From positions 100,812,001 through 100,876,000 of the forward strand of contig NC_042998.1 in assembly GCF_006345805.1 (NCBI RefSeq): 64,000 nt of DNA, in the 5' to 3' direction. Each line of letters starts with the position of its first letter. The stretch's first letter is position 1. Below the pieces are notes generated by a model. The model was not told the origin of the DNA. It saw only the letters and a list, made by a program, of their open reading frames with translations, and searched no databases. The position numbers and the translations under genes are program-made. Below are positions 50,748 through 64,000 of this stretch, piece by piece. Source of the stretch: Octopus sinensis (lineage: Eukaryota).

Positions 50748-51130
50748 TACTCTTTACTCTTTTACTTGCTTCAGTCATTTGATTGCTGCCATGCTGGAGC
50801 ACTGCCTTTAGTCGAGCAAATCGACCCCAGGACTTATTCTTTGTAAGCCTAGTATTTATTCTATCGGTTTATTTTGCCGAACCGCTAAGTTACGGGGACG
50901 TAAACACACCAGCATCAGTTGTCACACAAACACGCACACACACACACACACATATATACATATATACGACGGGCTTCTTTTCAGTTTCCGTCTACCAAAT
51001 CCACTCACAAGGCTTAGGTCGGCTCTAGGCTATAGTAGAAGACACTTGCCCAAGGTGCCACGCAGTGGGACTGAAACCGGAACCATGTGGTTGGTAAGCA
51101 AGCTACTTACCACAGAGCCACTCCTGCGCC
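50748..51130 (-). mobile_element. SINE family A, young
   Basis: Reverse complement of 55851-56300. Confidence 0.9.
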
Positions 51131-51478
51131 TATGTATATATGCATCTGTATGTCTTTGTGCTATGTTTGTCCCCACCCAGTGATGTCCAGGCTACACTTA
51201 AGATATGACTACAAATATCAAATCAAATTCCAATCCCTCATTCTGAGAAGAAGTGGATGGTAAGTGGGTCGATGTATGTGATATATATGTACCCAATATC
51301 AAAATTAATTTCATTTTTAAAAGTGCAAGCACTGGCTACACCACCAAGAATCGCTCAGGGATGGTATGTTATTTATTGGTCGAGAGTACACCCACTTCCC
51401 TGCTGTTTCTCACAAAACTAAAAGATTAAAATTAAGAATCTAAGTTGCTTTATATATATGAGTGTGTATGTGTGTGTG

Positions 51479-51479
51479 T

Positions 51480-51556
<77 letters not shown>

Positions 51557-51626
51557 AAATATAGTGTGCGTGTATAAGTGTCCGCGCGTGCGTTCACACA
51601 CACACACATACACACACACACACACG

Positions 51627-51683
<57 letters not shown>

Positions 51684-52109
51684 CCACGTATGTACCGTCG
51701 ACCGTCACTGTTAATCGGAAATACCTACGTAGTCGGGATCAAACACAGACACACCCTTGGTCTTCCTTCACTTGAATTTTTGGAGCATCCAAGATAGTAT
51801 ATCGGTTGGATGAAAGAAGGAGAAGGATTTTGCGTTAGTAGTACTGAGTAGTTGTTTATTTATTGAACCCGAAATGATCAAAGATAAAGTTGACCTCAGC
51901 AGGAATTGTGCTCAGAGTAGTGGGGAGCCGGAATAAAATATTGCATTGCGCAGTATGCTTTCCGACGCTTTATGGATGGCCTTTTCTAATCAAACCACCT
52001 TACATGTGTCTCTTCTCTCTCAGTAAATGCGAATGTGTGTTCTGTGTGTTCATATATGTAAAAGTAGATGGATAGATAGATAGATAGATAGATACACAGA
52101 TAGATAGAT

Positions 52110-52175
<66 letters not shown>

Positions 52176-52432
52176 TATAAATAGATAGATAGATACACAC
52201 ACATACATACACACATACATACATACATACATACATACATAAATACGCGCGCACACACACATACACCCAACTGATTTTAGTATTGCGTATCGCTTTTCTC
52301 TTCGTTGACGCTCAAGTTTATACATACATACATACATACATACATACATACATACATACATACATACACACATACATACATACATACATACACACATACA
52401 TACATATATATATACATACATACATACATTCG

Positions 52433-52525
<93 letters not shown>

Positions 52526-52545
52526 GTTTGTCTGTCTATATACAT
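51479..52545. repeat. Cluster of (TCTA)n, (CA)n, (TAGA)n and (TACA)n microsatellites
   Basis: Directly visible. Confidence 0.9.
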
Positions 52546-53069
52546 ACATACTACATATATAAATATGCATACGCATAAATAGATACATATGTGTGGGTAT
52601 GTATACTCATAAACATACATATACATGTACATCTAAACAGAAATTTCTCTCACTACTTCCTCTAATTTTTCATTTGTTTTTATTTCTCTTCATTCACAAT
52701 TTCTTTATTGTATTGAGCTCATTCCTTCATAATGAGTCTTACAACCCGCCCTCTCATTCTTCTCTTCCTTCGCTCTCCTCTAAATCCTCCGTAACTCCAT
52801 GTTCTTCTTAATCCTACTTACACCCCCGTACTGCACCTTTTAACGTAATAGGAAATCACCCCCTTCACAAAATCAATAAAAGTTAAGTATGTAAATCAAG
52901 TACCGTTGACGATTTACTTGATGTATACACTTTTCCCTCCCAATATTTTCCCTTGGGGCAAATTAAAAAAAAAAAAAAAATAAATGTTATTACGCGGCTG
53001 GGCATTAATTCTGATATTTTAATGAGTTTGATTTGGTATATCTGCACAAGTGTGCCCTACCTCCGACAT

Positions 53070-53715
53070 TGTTTCCCCATAACTTACAGAAAAATTGATA
53101 TTTTTTAATGAAATTTTCTACAGATACCTTTCAGATGGTGTACATTACGATTATATCGGAATTTGTAGTAAAAAACTTTTCGGCGATAGGAAAGAAGAGT
53201 TTCGGATAATTTGCTTGAGTCGATTTTGTTTCCTCATAACTTTCAGAAAAATAGATATTTTAAGATCCTATTTTTTAAATGAAAATTTCTACAATTATCT
53301 TATAAACGGTATTTATATTAGTTATATCGGAATTTGTGAACATTTTTCGGAGATGGGATAATTTACACGAATCGAGTTTATTTCCTCATAACTTTCAGAA
53401 AAATTGATATTTTTTAATGAAATTAGCTACAAATGCTAACCATGTGATGTAGATAAGGATTATATTAGAATGTAATTTGGAGTAAAAAAAAAAAATGGTG
53501 GGCGCACATTACACACACACACAACACATATATTTACAAAATAAAACTTGAAATTTTGAAAACAAAATTTTCAGCATGTATGTGTGCGCGCCCACCTATT
53601 CTTTCGTTCCAGTTTACATTCAATTCCGATATATTCATAGCTTACACCATCTGAAAAGTATTTGTAGAAAACTTCACTAAAAACAAAAAACATCTATTTT
53701 CCTAGATGCTATGCC
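53070..53715. mobile_element. DNA-transposon remnant with three tandem ~155-bp subrepeats and one inverted copy
   Basis: cataactt.cagaaaaa..gatatttt..aatgaaa..ctaca at about 53078, 53236 and 53386; reverse copy at about 53620-53712. Confidence 0.55.
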
Positions 53716-54666
53716 TAATCGAAGTCGGTTGGGTATGCGTAATCAAAGTGTAATATCCGTAATCAAAGCATACCTACACTTGTGTATGTATGCTTTGGTT
53801 AATCTCTATTGATTAATCTTCGTTTAATCAATCGTTTAACTTATGATTTGAAAATTTCTTATCCGCTGGACAAGTATTTTCCGTTATCTAACTGAATATT
53901 TACAATATATTTGTAAATATACTTGTTCATTTCCTCAGTATAGTTATAAACACGTGAAAAATATCGAACATCTGAAGAGAAATCCTTGAGCCTACATGAA
54001 CTTGTTTTGAATCTAAATCATTGTTTTTACCTAAATAATTGATTTACAAAGAAAAAAAAATTACTACCAAATAACAATCTTTATAAATAGCAATAGTAAC
54101 AGATCAAAACAACCTACTCGACCTGTTCAAGTCACTCGATGTTTTCCTCGAAAGCTTTAAAAAACCTTTTTATTTTAAATCAAAAGGAAGTTCAACTGTT
54201 CAACCAGTCATACGTTTAATAAACAGCTGGGTGTCAGGTGTTTAACAATGTCCCATAGAATTAATTATCGTCGCTCACTTAGTGCGCAGTTAGAAAGTTA
54301 TTTCAATGATTCACTTTCTTTATTCAGTTAAATTCCATAGAAATCATCTTATTGAAAAGGTAAAGGAAATAATACTATCTGAGGGGTAGAGGTCAGTATT
54401 TATAGCGCTTTCAACTCCTCCTAGATTAACGTAGGGGAAAGGGGTTAATGATTAAGTATGTGATAGACTCAAGTAAGACCGAAATATGTCTGGGGCTGCC
54501 ATAACATAACCAAATGACTAAAAAGCTCACTTTGCAACCACCAGGTCCAGAGTTCGATCCAATTTTGGGCGAGTGTTTTTTTTTTTTTTAACCTGTGTCA
54601 CTTGAGAATCCGAACCTTGTCAATGAAATTAGACGGAAACTACACAGAAGCCCGGCGGATGGATTA

Positions 54667-54714
<48 letters not shown>

Positions 54715-54969
54715 ACTGCGTTATGTTGATTTTGCTGGAAGATTATTATGTTAACAGATACACGTAAGGTATACTCAGCTACTTACATGCAGTTTCAATG
54801 GGAAGGTTGTTTATTTGATCGTTCAACTGACCCCTCGTCATGGAGACCAACTGTGATCTATGAACTTGCGAAAATAATTAATATAATATTAATCAGTGGA
54901 TATTATTAATGACTGCAGAATTATTTTTTAATTCTCACTACTTTACATATGTCAATGACTTAACTACTG

Positions 54970-55319
54970 TTATATAATATACATACACACGCACACACAC
55001 ACACATATACATACATATATATATATACATACATATATATATATATACATACATATATTTATATATATACATACAAATATATACATACATATATATATAC
55101 ATACATATATATATATATATACATACATACATACGCACACATAAAAATATGTATTTATGTTTGTTTTCTAGTTTCAGCTCTTGAGCTGTGGCCATGCTGG
55201 GGCACCGCCATATGTATATATACATATATATTATATATATATATTTATTTATTTATTTATACATATATATACATACACACACGCACACACACATAAAAAT
55301 ATGTATGTATATATATACA

Positions 55320-55402
<83 letters not shown>

Positions 55403-55500
55403 CCCATACATATGCATACACACACACACACAAACGTATATATATACACACATATATATATACACATGTATATGCACATATGTATACATGCATACACACA
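54970..55500. repeat. Compound TA/CA microsatellite tracts
   Basis: Directly visible. Confidence 0.9.
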
Positions 55501-55850
55501 GGCAAACATTCTTAGCGTTTAAATGATCAAATTTTTATGACTTAAATAAACTGCTTGGTGTGGATGTCAAGGGTTCCAGATAAGCCTACCACGCGTCAAG
55601 GAACACAGATGAGAGCAACAAGCATCAAGCTCCCTCATTCACCAAATGCCACATATCTGGGAAGGCTTCAAAGAATGGTGCAGCACAGCCAACGGTGCGG
55701 CTCCTGCATCACCGCAACTTTAAAGCTGAAACAAGTTAAAGAGAATTGCGTGTATGTGTGTGCATGAGCGAGTGCATACAAAAATATATATATGTGCATG
55801 CATGTATATACATAAGTATACACACACATATATGTATGTATATACAATAT

Positions 55851-56010
55851 CGCAGGAGTGGCTGTGTGGTAAGTAGTTTGTTTACCAACCACATGGTTCC
55901 GGGTTCATTCCCACTGCGTCGCACCTTGGGCAAGTGTCTTCTACTATAGCCTCGGGCCGACCAAAGCCTTGTGAGTGGATTTGGTAGACGGAAACTGAAA
56001 GAAGCCCGTC

Positions 56011-56087
<77 letters not shown>

Positions 56088-56298
56088 TGTGTGTGTTTGT
56101 GTGTCTGCATTTGTCCCCCTAGCATTGCTTGACAACCGATGCTGGTGTGTTTATGTCCCCGTTACTTAGCGGTTCGGCATAAGAGACCGATAAATTAAGT
56201 ACTGGGCTTACAAAAGAATAAGTCCCGGGGTCGAGTTGCTCGATTAAAAGGCGGTGCTCCAGCATGGCCGCAGTCAAATGACTGAAACAAGTAAAAGA

Positions 56299-56300
<2 letters not shown>
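55851..56300 (+). mobile_element. SINE family A, full-length young copy with internal (TA)n
   Basis: A box tggctgtgtggt, B box gggttcattccc, CORE-like caccttgggcaagt, tail tgactgaaacaagtaaaagagt. Confidence 0.9.
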
Positions 56301-56343
<43 letters not shown>

Positions 56344-56368
56344 CGTGTGTGTATGTATATATAAATAT

Positions 56369-56732
56369 GAGCAAAACACCCCCCACCCGTCCAATGGACG
56401 GTGCTGAGTTGTCAAACATTTAGACCAAATTTTCTCAAAACAACTTGTCCGACCGTCCCCTTTAAGAAACACTGATTTAACCTAAATTTGGGACTCCAGC
56501 AAAAGAAGAAATAAAGATAGACTTTTTTTTCTATTCCAAAGAAAAACGATTTCCCACGGCTTTGTCGATCGCCGTCTCACCTGGAATCGATTTTTGTAAT
56601 TTTTTCAAGACTTATACCCGCCCTGATACTGTCGGTATCTACATATCAAATTTGAGTGCAATCGAATGGAGGATGCCCGAGATCCTAGAAGATACACACA
56701 CAGACAGACAGAACGGATTTTATATAATAGAT
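56369..56732 (-). mobile_element. Non-autonomous Helitron-like element, copy 2
   Basis: Near-identical to 178-664. Confidence 0.6.
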
Positions 56733-56759
56733 GTACATAGATGAGATCCAGATATTCTC

Positions 56760-57976
56760 TGTAGAGTAGACACTTGAAGTGCTCAGAAGATTCAAACTTA
56801 AACTGCGATGTTTTTGCAGGGGAACCATTCCTCAAGATAAAGAAAGGTTTTTTTATGGCCTGTTTTACCATTGCTTGAAGCGTTTAATATTTTTAAAATG
56901 TAGACCACTGCGCCCATAACATGGATCCGGTTTTGACATTTTTTTCTTATCTGGTACCGGTCGGCACACCTAAATATGAGAGCATTCCTGTTCTTCAATT
57001 TCATCTGCGTTATGTCGTATATTTATAATCCTCTGACATTTTTCTGCTATTGCCTGCAGAGTTAAATTTTGATTCTATTCTAATTTTGTTAATATCTAAG
57101 AACGTACATCTGCATCTTTGCTTGCAGTAAGCCCTTGAACAAAAATTAATGACTTGGACATATCCGGGGTCAACTCATCCAATTTGAATTTCTCACACTC
57201 TCTGTTAACTACTTCGGCATAGGTGACGAAATCTTCATCTTTTTTTTAAACCAAATTTGACCATTGCCAGCGAATATTGAACAGGGAACTTCTTTCACTG
57301 AACATTTTCGATAAAAAAATTGTTTCATCGAAACAAATCTCACCTGGTTTCTTCAGCAGACTATAATTACTATATTTTTCGAGTTCAGCAGGGGATAACT
57401 TTCTTAAAACTACTCGTACTTTTATCTAATCGGACCAACTTTTAAACTCATCTTTGAAGATGTCTTCGTATCTACGAAAATATGCAGAGAAAGTAATCCT
57501 TTCTTTTGAATTAGAGCTGAATTCTTCAATTGAATTTGTTACGAACCTGAAGTATTTTCAGACTTCTACATTAATTCCAGCAACTGTTGGTTTTGTTGTT
57601 GCTGTTGCAGTTGCTGCTGCTATTGCTGTTGTAACTGCACCACAGAGGCCAGTAAGTCTTCCATGTTAAAACGATTGTTTCTTTTGTTTCGTACCCCAAA
57701 AAGAAAAAATTAAACATCCAATGCAAGCTTCGAACCACTTGTCGCCACTTTTATATACATGTATGTTGGATATATAATTTAACGAAGTAGTGGGGAGGGG
57801 AAGAAAGTACTTACATGATTCAATACGATCAGTTTTACATGAGACCGCTCTCAGCCACGGCTCACAGTGAACTGCTTACCAACTCGAACTGCCAATCACT
57901 CATAGTTCTTTGTTTCATAACAATGAGTCAATCCACCTTTAGTCATTTGTGGTGTGGTCAGAATCCTTCCACAACA
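56760..57976 (-). mobile_element. Second Gypsy (Mag-like) remnant: LTR, PBS, decayed gag to the zinc-knuckle region
   Basis: TGTTGTGG start at 57976; PBS tggcgacaag at about 57747; MEDLLAS..polyQ at 57664; gag homologous to 19788-20315; PDPCYGRSGLH knuckle remnant at about 56900. Confidence 0.85.
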
Positions 57977-58089
57977 ATATGTATACATGCAAAACGAGAG
58001 AAAGCAATGGTGGAAATTTTCAGATGATGAATGATGAATTTATATGCATAAATACATATTTATGCAAGGCTTACACAGAGTACAAACGA

Positions 58090-58435
58090 GAAAAAAATTT
58101 AAAGGGGTAGAAGAAAGGTATTATAAATCTAACAGCTGTTTCTGGGGCACAGCGATCCATGATAATGTTGGTAGATTTAGTCCATCACAAAATGCAGCTA
58201 CATGGATGCATTCAACATAGGATGAGACGAGCCTCCATCATTTCAGATGCATTTTAATGCAGAGAAAAACATTATTATGGCTCGCTGAGCCTCTGTCACC
58301 TTTGTCCTTTCTGGACGCAACGTGCACTTGGCTGGACGTCATTTTTCTCATCTCCTGACATTTTCTCTCTCTTTTTTCTTTTTCTCATCTACTATTTTCT
58401 TCTCTTCTATTTATTCTATATCCTTTCAAAATTTC
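58090..58435. mobile_element. Penelope-like LTR fragment (tentative)
   Basis: Minus strand aaatcta...GAAACAGCTGTTagattt (palindromic stem III plus stem I). Confidence 0.35.
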
Positions 58436-58878
58436 TTACTATATTTTTCGAGTTCGGCAGGGGATGACTTTCTTAAAACTACTCGCACTTTTTTCTCGTC
58501 GGACCAACTTTTACACTCTTCTTTGAAGATTTCTTCGTATCTACGAAAATATTAGCTGTATGGGTAAGGATTCCTTTCTTTGACCCAAATATTGATAATA
58601 ATGGACGATCATCTGTAGACGAAAACTTCTACCGTGTAAAAATCTGAAATTGCTGTTGCTGTTGCAACTGCACCACGAAGGCCAACAAGTCTTCCGTATT
58701 AAAACGATTGTTTCTTTGGTTTCGTACCAAAAAAAAAAATAAATAAATAAAATACCCAATGCAAGCTTCGAACCACTTGTTGCTACTTTTATATACTTGT
58801 ATGCTGGATATATAATTTAACGAAGCAGTGGGGAGGGGAAGAAAGTATTTACACGACTTAATACGATCAGTGTTACAT
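58436..58878 (-). mobile_element. Partial duplicate of the Gypsy LTR-PBS-5'gag
   Basis: Aligns to 57367-57840 with internal differences. Confidence 0.8.
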
Positions 58879-59232
58879 GCGTCTTGTCCTAACGGCCCTT
58901 AATATTTGTCTTCGTCGATTGTTTACTCTGTACGTCCACTCTGTCGTTGTTCGCTCGTTTGAAGCGCTAACTCTCCACGAATTTTATATTTAAAAAATTT
59001 CTGGATGCTGCTGTTTCATGAAGGTTTCCTATCTTGTCGTTGAAAGCTCGAAATAGGGAGTAATTAACAGTCGACAACTGAGGAGGAGGTTAGACTTCTT
59101 TTGGTACTTTGTCCCATACTTGTCTCTTGTTATGTGTTTACGTATTTTTCACTCGTTTGTGATGTCCTGTTCTTGTGTATTTTTTGGTATTTTATCCTGT
59201 ACTTGATGTATTTATATGTATGTATGTGTGTA

Positions 59233-59263
<31 letters not shown>

Positions 59264-60137
59264 CAGGTTGTTTGCCCGTCATAGGATGAATAATGTTGCG
59301 AATGCACTTGCCACTATCGATAATATCAAGTAATGTTAAGTAGGTAGACTTTATAATATTCTGGCTGTCGCAACATGTTTTCGACTGCTATACTTTCAAA
59401 AGTCTTAAAATAATGACAGCGAAGACGTAAGCGAAATCTTAAACATAACTAGACAATTTATTCATCAAAATAGAAATAAGAACATAAAACATGAACAGTT
59501 CCACTAGTAATTACAAGTTTAGTTGGGTTTTTTTTAAATATCAGAGTGCTGGTACAGAATAAGGAAATGAATGCTAATTTTCAAAATAAAATATTTATTA
59601 AATAGATTTTTCATGTGTCACATTTGCAATAAATATCCGATACCAATAGCATTTATACTGTAACATCTGTATGTTGATGACTTAAGTCTTTTATTATATT
59701 TTCATTGACTTCATTTTGATCAATTTTTGAAAATAATGAAGAACGTTATCATTAACATGATGGTATTTGGAACATAGATATGGAATTTTGATGGACGTTT
59801 TTAATTTACATCGCTTTAAAACAAAAAGTTTGTATCAGAACCAGAGGCGGTCTCAGGCGAATTGGTTACAATGCCTTGCACTGATGGTCAGGCAGATGAT
59901 GAAAACGCTACGGGTATTACACAATACTTAGCAAATTCCACCCATCCTGGAAAACACCGGAGGAGATTACCGTGTGCTGGACTCAGAGTTATTGGTACAA
60001 AATGTAACCAGCAATGGAATACCCAAACCGTGCATTCAATGTAGAAACTGTTTTTTCCTGGAAGATCATACCGGCTACAACTTCACTTTTCGAGAAGCAG
60101 ATTCACCACTAGGATTTAAAGCTTTTGTAAAGGACCC

Positions 60138-61043
60138 TGTGATGCGATATTACGAGAGTTGATGTTGGATAATACACGGTCCTTACAATATATGTAAGAT
60201 GGAATGCGACATATGTGCAGGGAGAAAGGAGAGAGAGAGACAACAGCGTAGGATGCTTATGAAAGATTTATTGATATATTTACATGTGTTTGTGTGTGTG
60301 TAAACATGTGTATTCGTGTGCCTTGTACCTATATAGCAATGAAAATGAAGATAGGGAAGGAGTCTATAATGAGAAATTAGATGTTCATGGACACAAGAAC
60401 GAGAATACCAGTTCGTGATCTACTGTACACGAGTTGTTGCGATGCTGTTTCAAGACGTTGTGGCTGTAATGCGTACCCGGTTGCGGTACGTGTTGTACAT
60501 GAAGTTTTAGCTGTGATGCTGAGCCGGTCACTTGATACAGGAGTCCTTGCAGGTTATATATTCACCGTTAATCCGTGGAGCTAACTACAAACGGTGAATT
60601 GAAGCATTGAAACCTGGGCAAGTTGTTTGCTGCGCTGTGTACGTAGAGAGATGATGTTGACGACGTTGGTGAGAGGCATGATGGTGGCGATGAAGATGGA
60701 GGTCGCTGGAACTGGCTGTCTTGTGTGGTCAGTGGCTAGACCTTAGAAGGTCTGGAACCAAATACCTCGAGACGAGGAGAAGTTGAGTTTTTATAGGGAG
60801 CAGTCGGCTCAAACTGGGGTTCAGAACAGACTGTCTCACGTGATTTATTTGGAGGCTGCGATTGGTTATATCCTGCAATTGGCGCAACAGAGCAAGAGAC
60901 AAATTGTGCCAATAACAACTAGTCAGTGTGGTGGACACAACGGGGTCCAAATAGCGGTCAAAGGTTAGATGGTTCCCACTACGTTCGACTATACAGAGAT
61001 ATATAATAAAGGGGAGAGAGAGAGAGATTATGCTACGCTTCCA
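60138..61043 (-). mobile_element. Probable solo LTR inserted into the Tigger transposase
   Basis: Splits KD|..TLLL; TG..CA ends; minus-strand TATAAAA (60789-60795) upstream of AATAAA (60267-60272); TSD not clear. Confidence 0.5.
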
Positions 61044-61227
61044 AAAGTTGTCTGACACTTCTTCTGTGAGGAAATGCCGCTGGTGATATGAAATTAAAGT
61101 TCCTACTTTGTATCACCTCGAAAATCCAAGGGCTTTAAAGAATAACGCAAAATTTTATTTACCTTTGATTTGGCATTCAAATAACAAGTCATAAATAACT
61201 AAGAGCTTTTTAGAAGAATGGTTTACA

Positions 61228-61420
<193 letters not shown>

Positions 61421-61833
61421 TTCGTCCTGCTTTAGAAATGTGCAGTGCTAGACATAATACTTCTACGAAAGCATTTCTCCTTTTAGATATCGCAACAAAT
61501 CACCCAGTAAAGTTAAGTGAAATTTCTGATTCTGTGAGAGTGGAATATATTCTCAAGAATAGAACTTCTGTTCTCTAGCCAATGGATCGAGATATAATTA
61601 ACTACAAGGCAAATTATCTGAGAACTTTCAAATAGCTTATGAAAGCAATTGACTGGGAAGATAAACTTACAATTAAAGACGCTGTAAATAACATAGTTGG
61701 GATGAAGTGAAACGCTCAGTTTTGAATAGGACTTGGAAAAATATATGGCTAAACTGTATCCATGACTTTACAAGTTTCCCACACAAACAGAAAGTCTATA
61801 TTAAATTCGGAATGATATTGTGACACTTGCATA

Positions 61834-62043
61834 TCCGAGGGGTGCTGAAAAGTTCCTGACTTTATGGGTGTCGTGAAAGGCCGGGTTAGCGGCTCAACCT
61901 TCCGAGTTCTTTTGCAGAGCTTAGAAAAACTGAAGGACCACTGCAAGAAGTGTATGAATCTGAGAGGGAATATGTTGAATAAAATCGTAATTAACTAATC
62001 CTCTTGTATTTTCTATTACCCAAACCCAGTAACTTTTCAGCAC
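61834..62043. mobile_element. Mariner-derived MITE
   Basis: TIRs gtgctgaaaagttcctgacttt / aaacccagtaacttttcagcac. Confidence 0.7.
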
Positions 62044-62769
62044 TGTTTGAAGAAGTCGTTGAGAATGATGTATTTCCCTTAGAAAATGTTTATCTAATGA
62101 GGAGTTGATGCTGTTAAAACAAGACCAAACTAAGAATAGAGATGAGACTAAGGAAATTCTACCAACTCCACCTTAAGTTGCCTGCAAATAATGTTGTTAA
62201 AGAGTTGGCACTCACAGAGGAAGGCCTGTAAGCTTTTGCTGGTAACAACTCTAACTGTAAAGGTAGCATAGAAGTTGCAAGGAGAGTTTACAATGAGTTC
62301 AGTTCCTACATGGAGTTACACAAAGATATGATGTACCATAAACAACAAACAAATTTAGAATGATCTCTTTGCCTCAGAAGTTGATGTCCGTGATAATGAA
62401 CTCCAAGATCAAAGCTAGTGTTCCTTACCCTCCCTGTAACTCTCCTTCCATCGCGAACCCTCAAACAATAGTCAACAGCATTTATGTTAAGAACATACAC
62501 TATTACTATATTACGCTTCTTATAATTCCCCAGCGTATCTCTCTTCATATAGTTTAATGTATACATATTATACTGTGTATATTTAGAAATGGTTATTTTC
62601 ATGCATAAACGTGGTTGTGTTGCTTGCACCGAAACTATCCGTCGGAATGTATTATTTACTTTATAACATGAAAATCAATACGAAAATTAACTTTGTGTTA
62701 CGCTAATTTTTTTCGGGAGACATTATTCCTGTAATGCAGGGGTATTCTTCTACACACACGCGCGAGCTC

Positions 62770-62792
62770 ATGTATGTATGTATGTATGTATG

Positions 62793-62826
<34 letters not shown>

Positions 62827-63053
62827 TGTATGTATGTATGTATGTATGCATGCATGCATGCATGCATGCATGTATGTATGTATGTATGTATGTATGTATG
62901 TATGTATGTATGTATGTATGTAGTATGCATGCATGTGTGTATGTATGCATGTATGCACGTATGTACATACATACATATAAGCACACAAACACACACATGC
63001 ACACACATATATTCTTTAATATTTAGCAGAAGTAACAGAGTGACTGAAGGTCC

Positions 63054-63102
<49 letters not shown>

Positions 63103-63130
63103 AGAGAAAGAGAGAGTGTGTGTGTGTGTA
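62770..63130. repeat. (TATG)n/(CATG)n and (GA)n microsatellites
   Basis: Directly visible. Confidence 0.9.
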
Positions 63131-63734
63131 GTGACACTGATTCTGAATATAAATAACAACAATATTGACTGACGGAAATACCCCAAGGGAGCCTGTTCTG
63201 CATATTAGATACAAATATGGTAAGGGTATCACATATGTAATACAGTGGAGCTCAAAAACTTTGATCAGCTAAGATTATCCAAACAATTAGTGAACAAAAA
63301 CTCCCACAGGGGAAATTTTGTTTAAAATCTAAAAACAATACGGGTGATATATTAAATACAACCTGTTTTTATTTTATTTATTCAACACTAAATAGCAGTA
63401 AGCAATATAAACAAATTATTTACTTATAAGTAGGGTAGCAGGGAAAAATGCAAATTCCCAACAATATTGTGGGGTCCCGATTCAGTTGCACCGTTTGCAC
63501 CAAAGTAAATCCTGTACTATTAACAAAGACAAACGGTTCTCTTCTCTTACTACACTAAAGAACGTGCTTATATTTCTTTATTGATATGGGCCTAAGTTAA
63601 ACAACATCACTACTCGCATTACCAGCGCTGTCGAAACAATACCACCAATAGCAACAGCACCAACCGCAGTGTATATCAATACTAACATAGGATAAAAATG
63701 AAAATGGATCAAAATACTTCTCAACTCATAAGGC

Positions 63735-63938
63735 CGGTTTCCATGACGTATATATTATCCCACTGGACGGGACGCCGACCCCTCGCAAGATTACTCACTT
63801 TTGCCAGCTGAATGGACTGGAACAATGTAAAATGAAGTGTTTTGCTCAAGAATACGTCACATTGCCCGATGTAGGAACCGAAACCACAATCTAACAATCA
63901 TGAATTCAATACCCCAATCACTAAGCCACGCACCTCCA
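63735..63938 (-). mobile_element. tRNA-headed SINE (family C-type head)
   Basis: Minus strand ggaggtgcgtggcttagtgattggggtattg..ggtttcggttcc..ttcttgagcaaaacac. Confidence 0.7.
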
Positions 63939-64000
63939 TAATACGTACAAGCGTTGCCATCAACTATATTACTACGAGCCAACGAAGGACCTTCTAGACA

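Noticed and set aside
53070-53470. Repeat-spacer appearance suggesting CRISPR
   Set aside because: Eukaryotic context, long diverged units, homologous rather than unique spacers, and no cas genes.
60163-61057. Alternative TG..CA boundaries for the insert in Tigger
   Set aside because: ctgaca at 61052-61057 fits the transposase frame (LT-LLL), so the true boundaries are more likely about 60138-61043.

Overview
AT-rich, repeat-saturated animal genomic DNA with no bacterial features. The microsatellite load and SINE/RTE repertoire suggest a coleoid cephalopod such as Octopus (inference). I cannot identify an intact host protein-coding gene, and most listed ORFs are microsatellite or antisense artefacts. 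Recognisable content: decayed Ty3/Gypsy (Mag/K02A2.6-like) LTR elements (19.4-22.2 kb; 56.7-58.9 kb), a 5'-truncated RTE LINE (16.0-17.8 kb) plus many RTE 3' ends, a CR1 3' end, three tRNA-derived SINE families, a deleted pogo-like transposon with a PHD remnant, a fragmented Tigger transposase with nested insertions, hAT/mariner/foldback MITEs and Helitrons. Four observations stand out. (1) Several Penelope-like fold-back palindromes carry minimal hammerhead-ribozyme motifs. (2) CpG content appears to switch from depleted to retained near 29.3 kb. (3) A well-spaced minus-strand TATA/Inr promoter and first exon lies at about 41.7-41.9 kb. (4) Short near-identical local duplications recur 1.1-1.8 kb apart. 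All calls were made by eye, without database searches.
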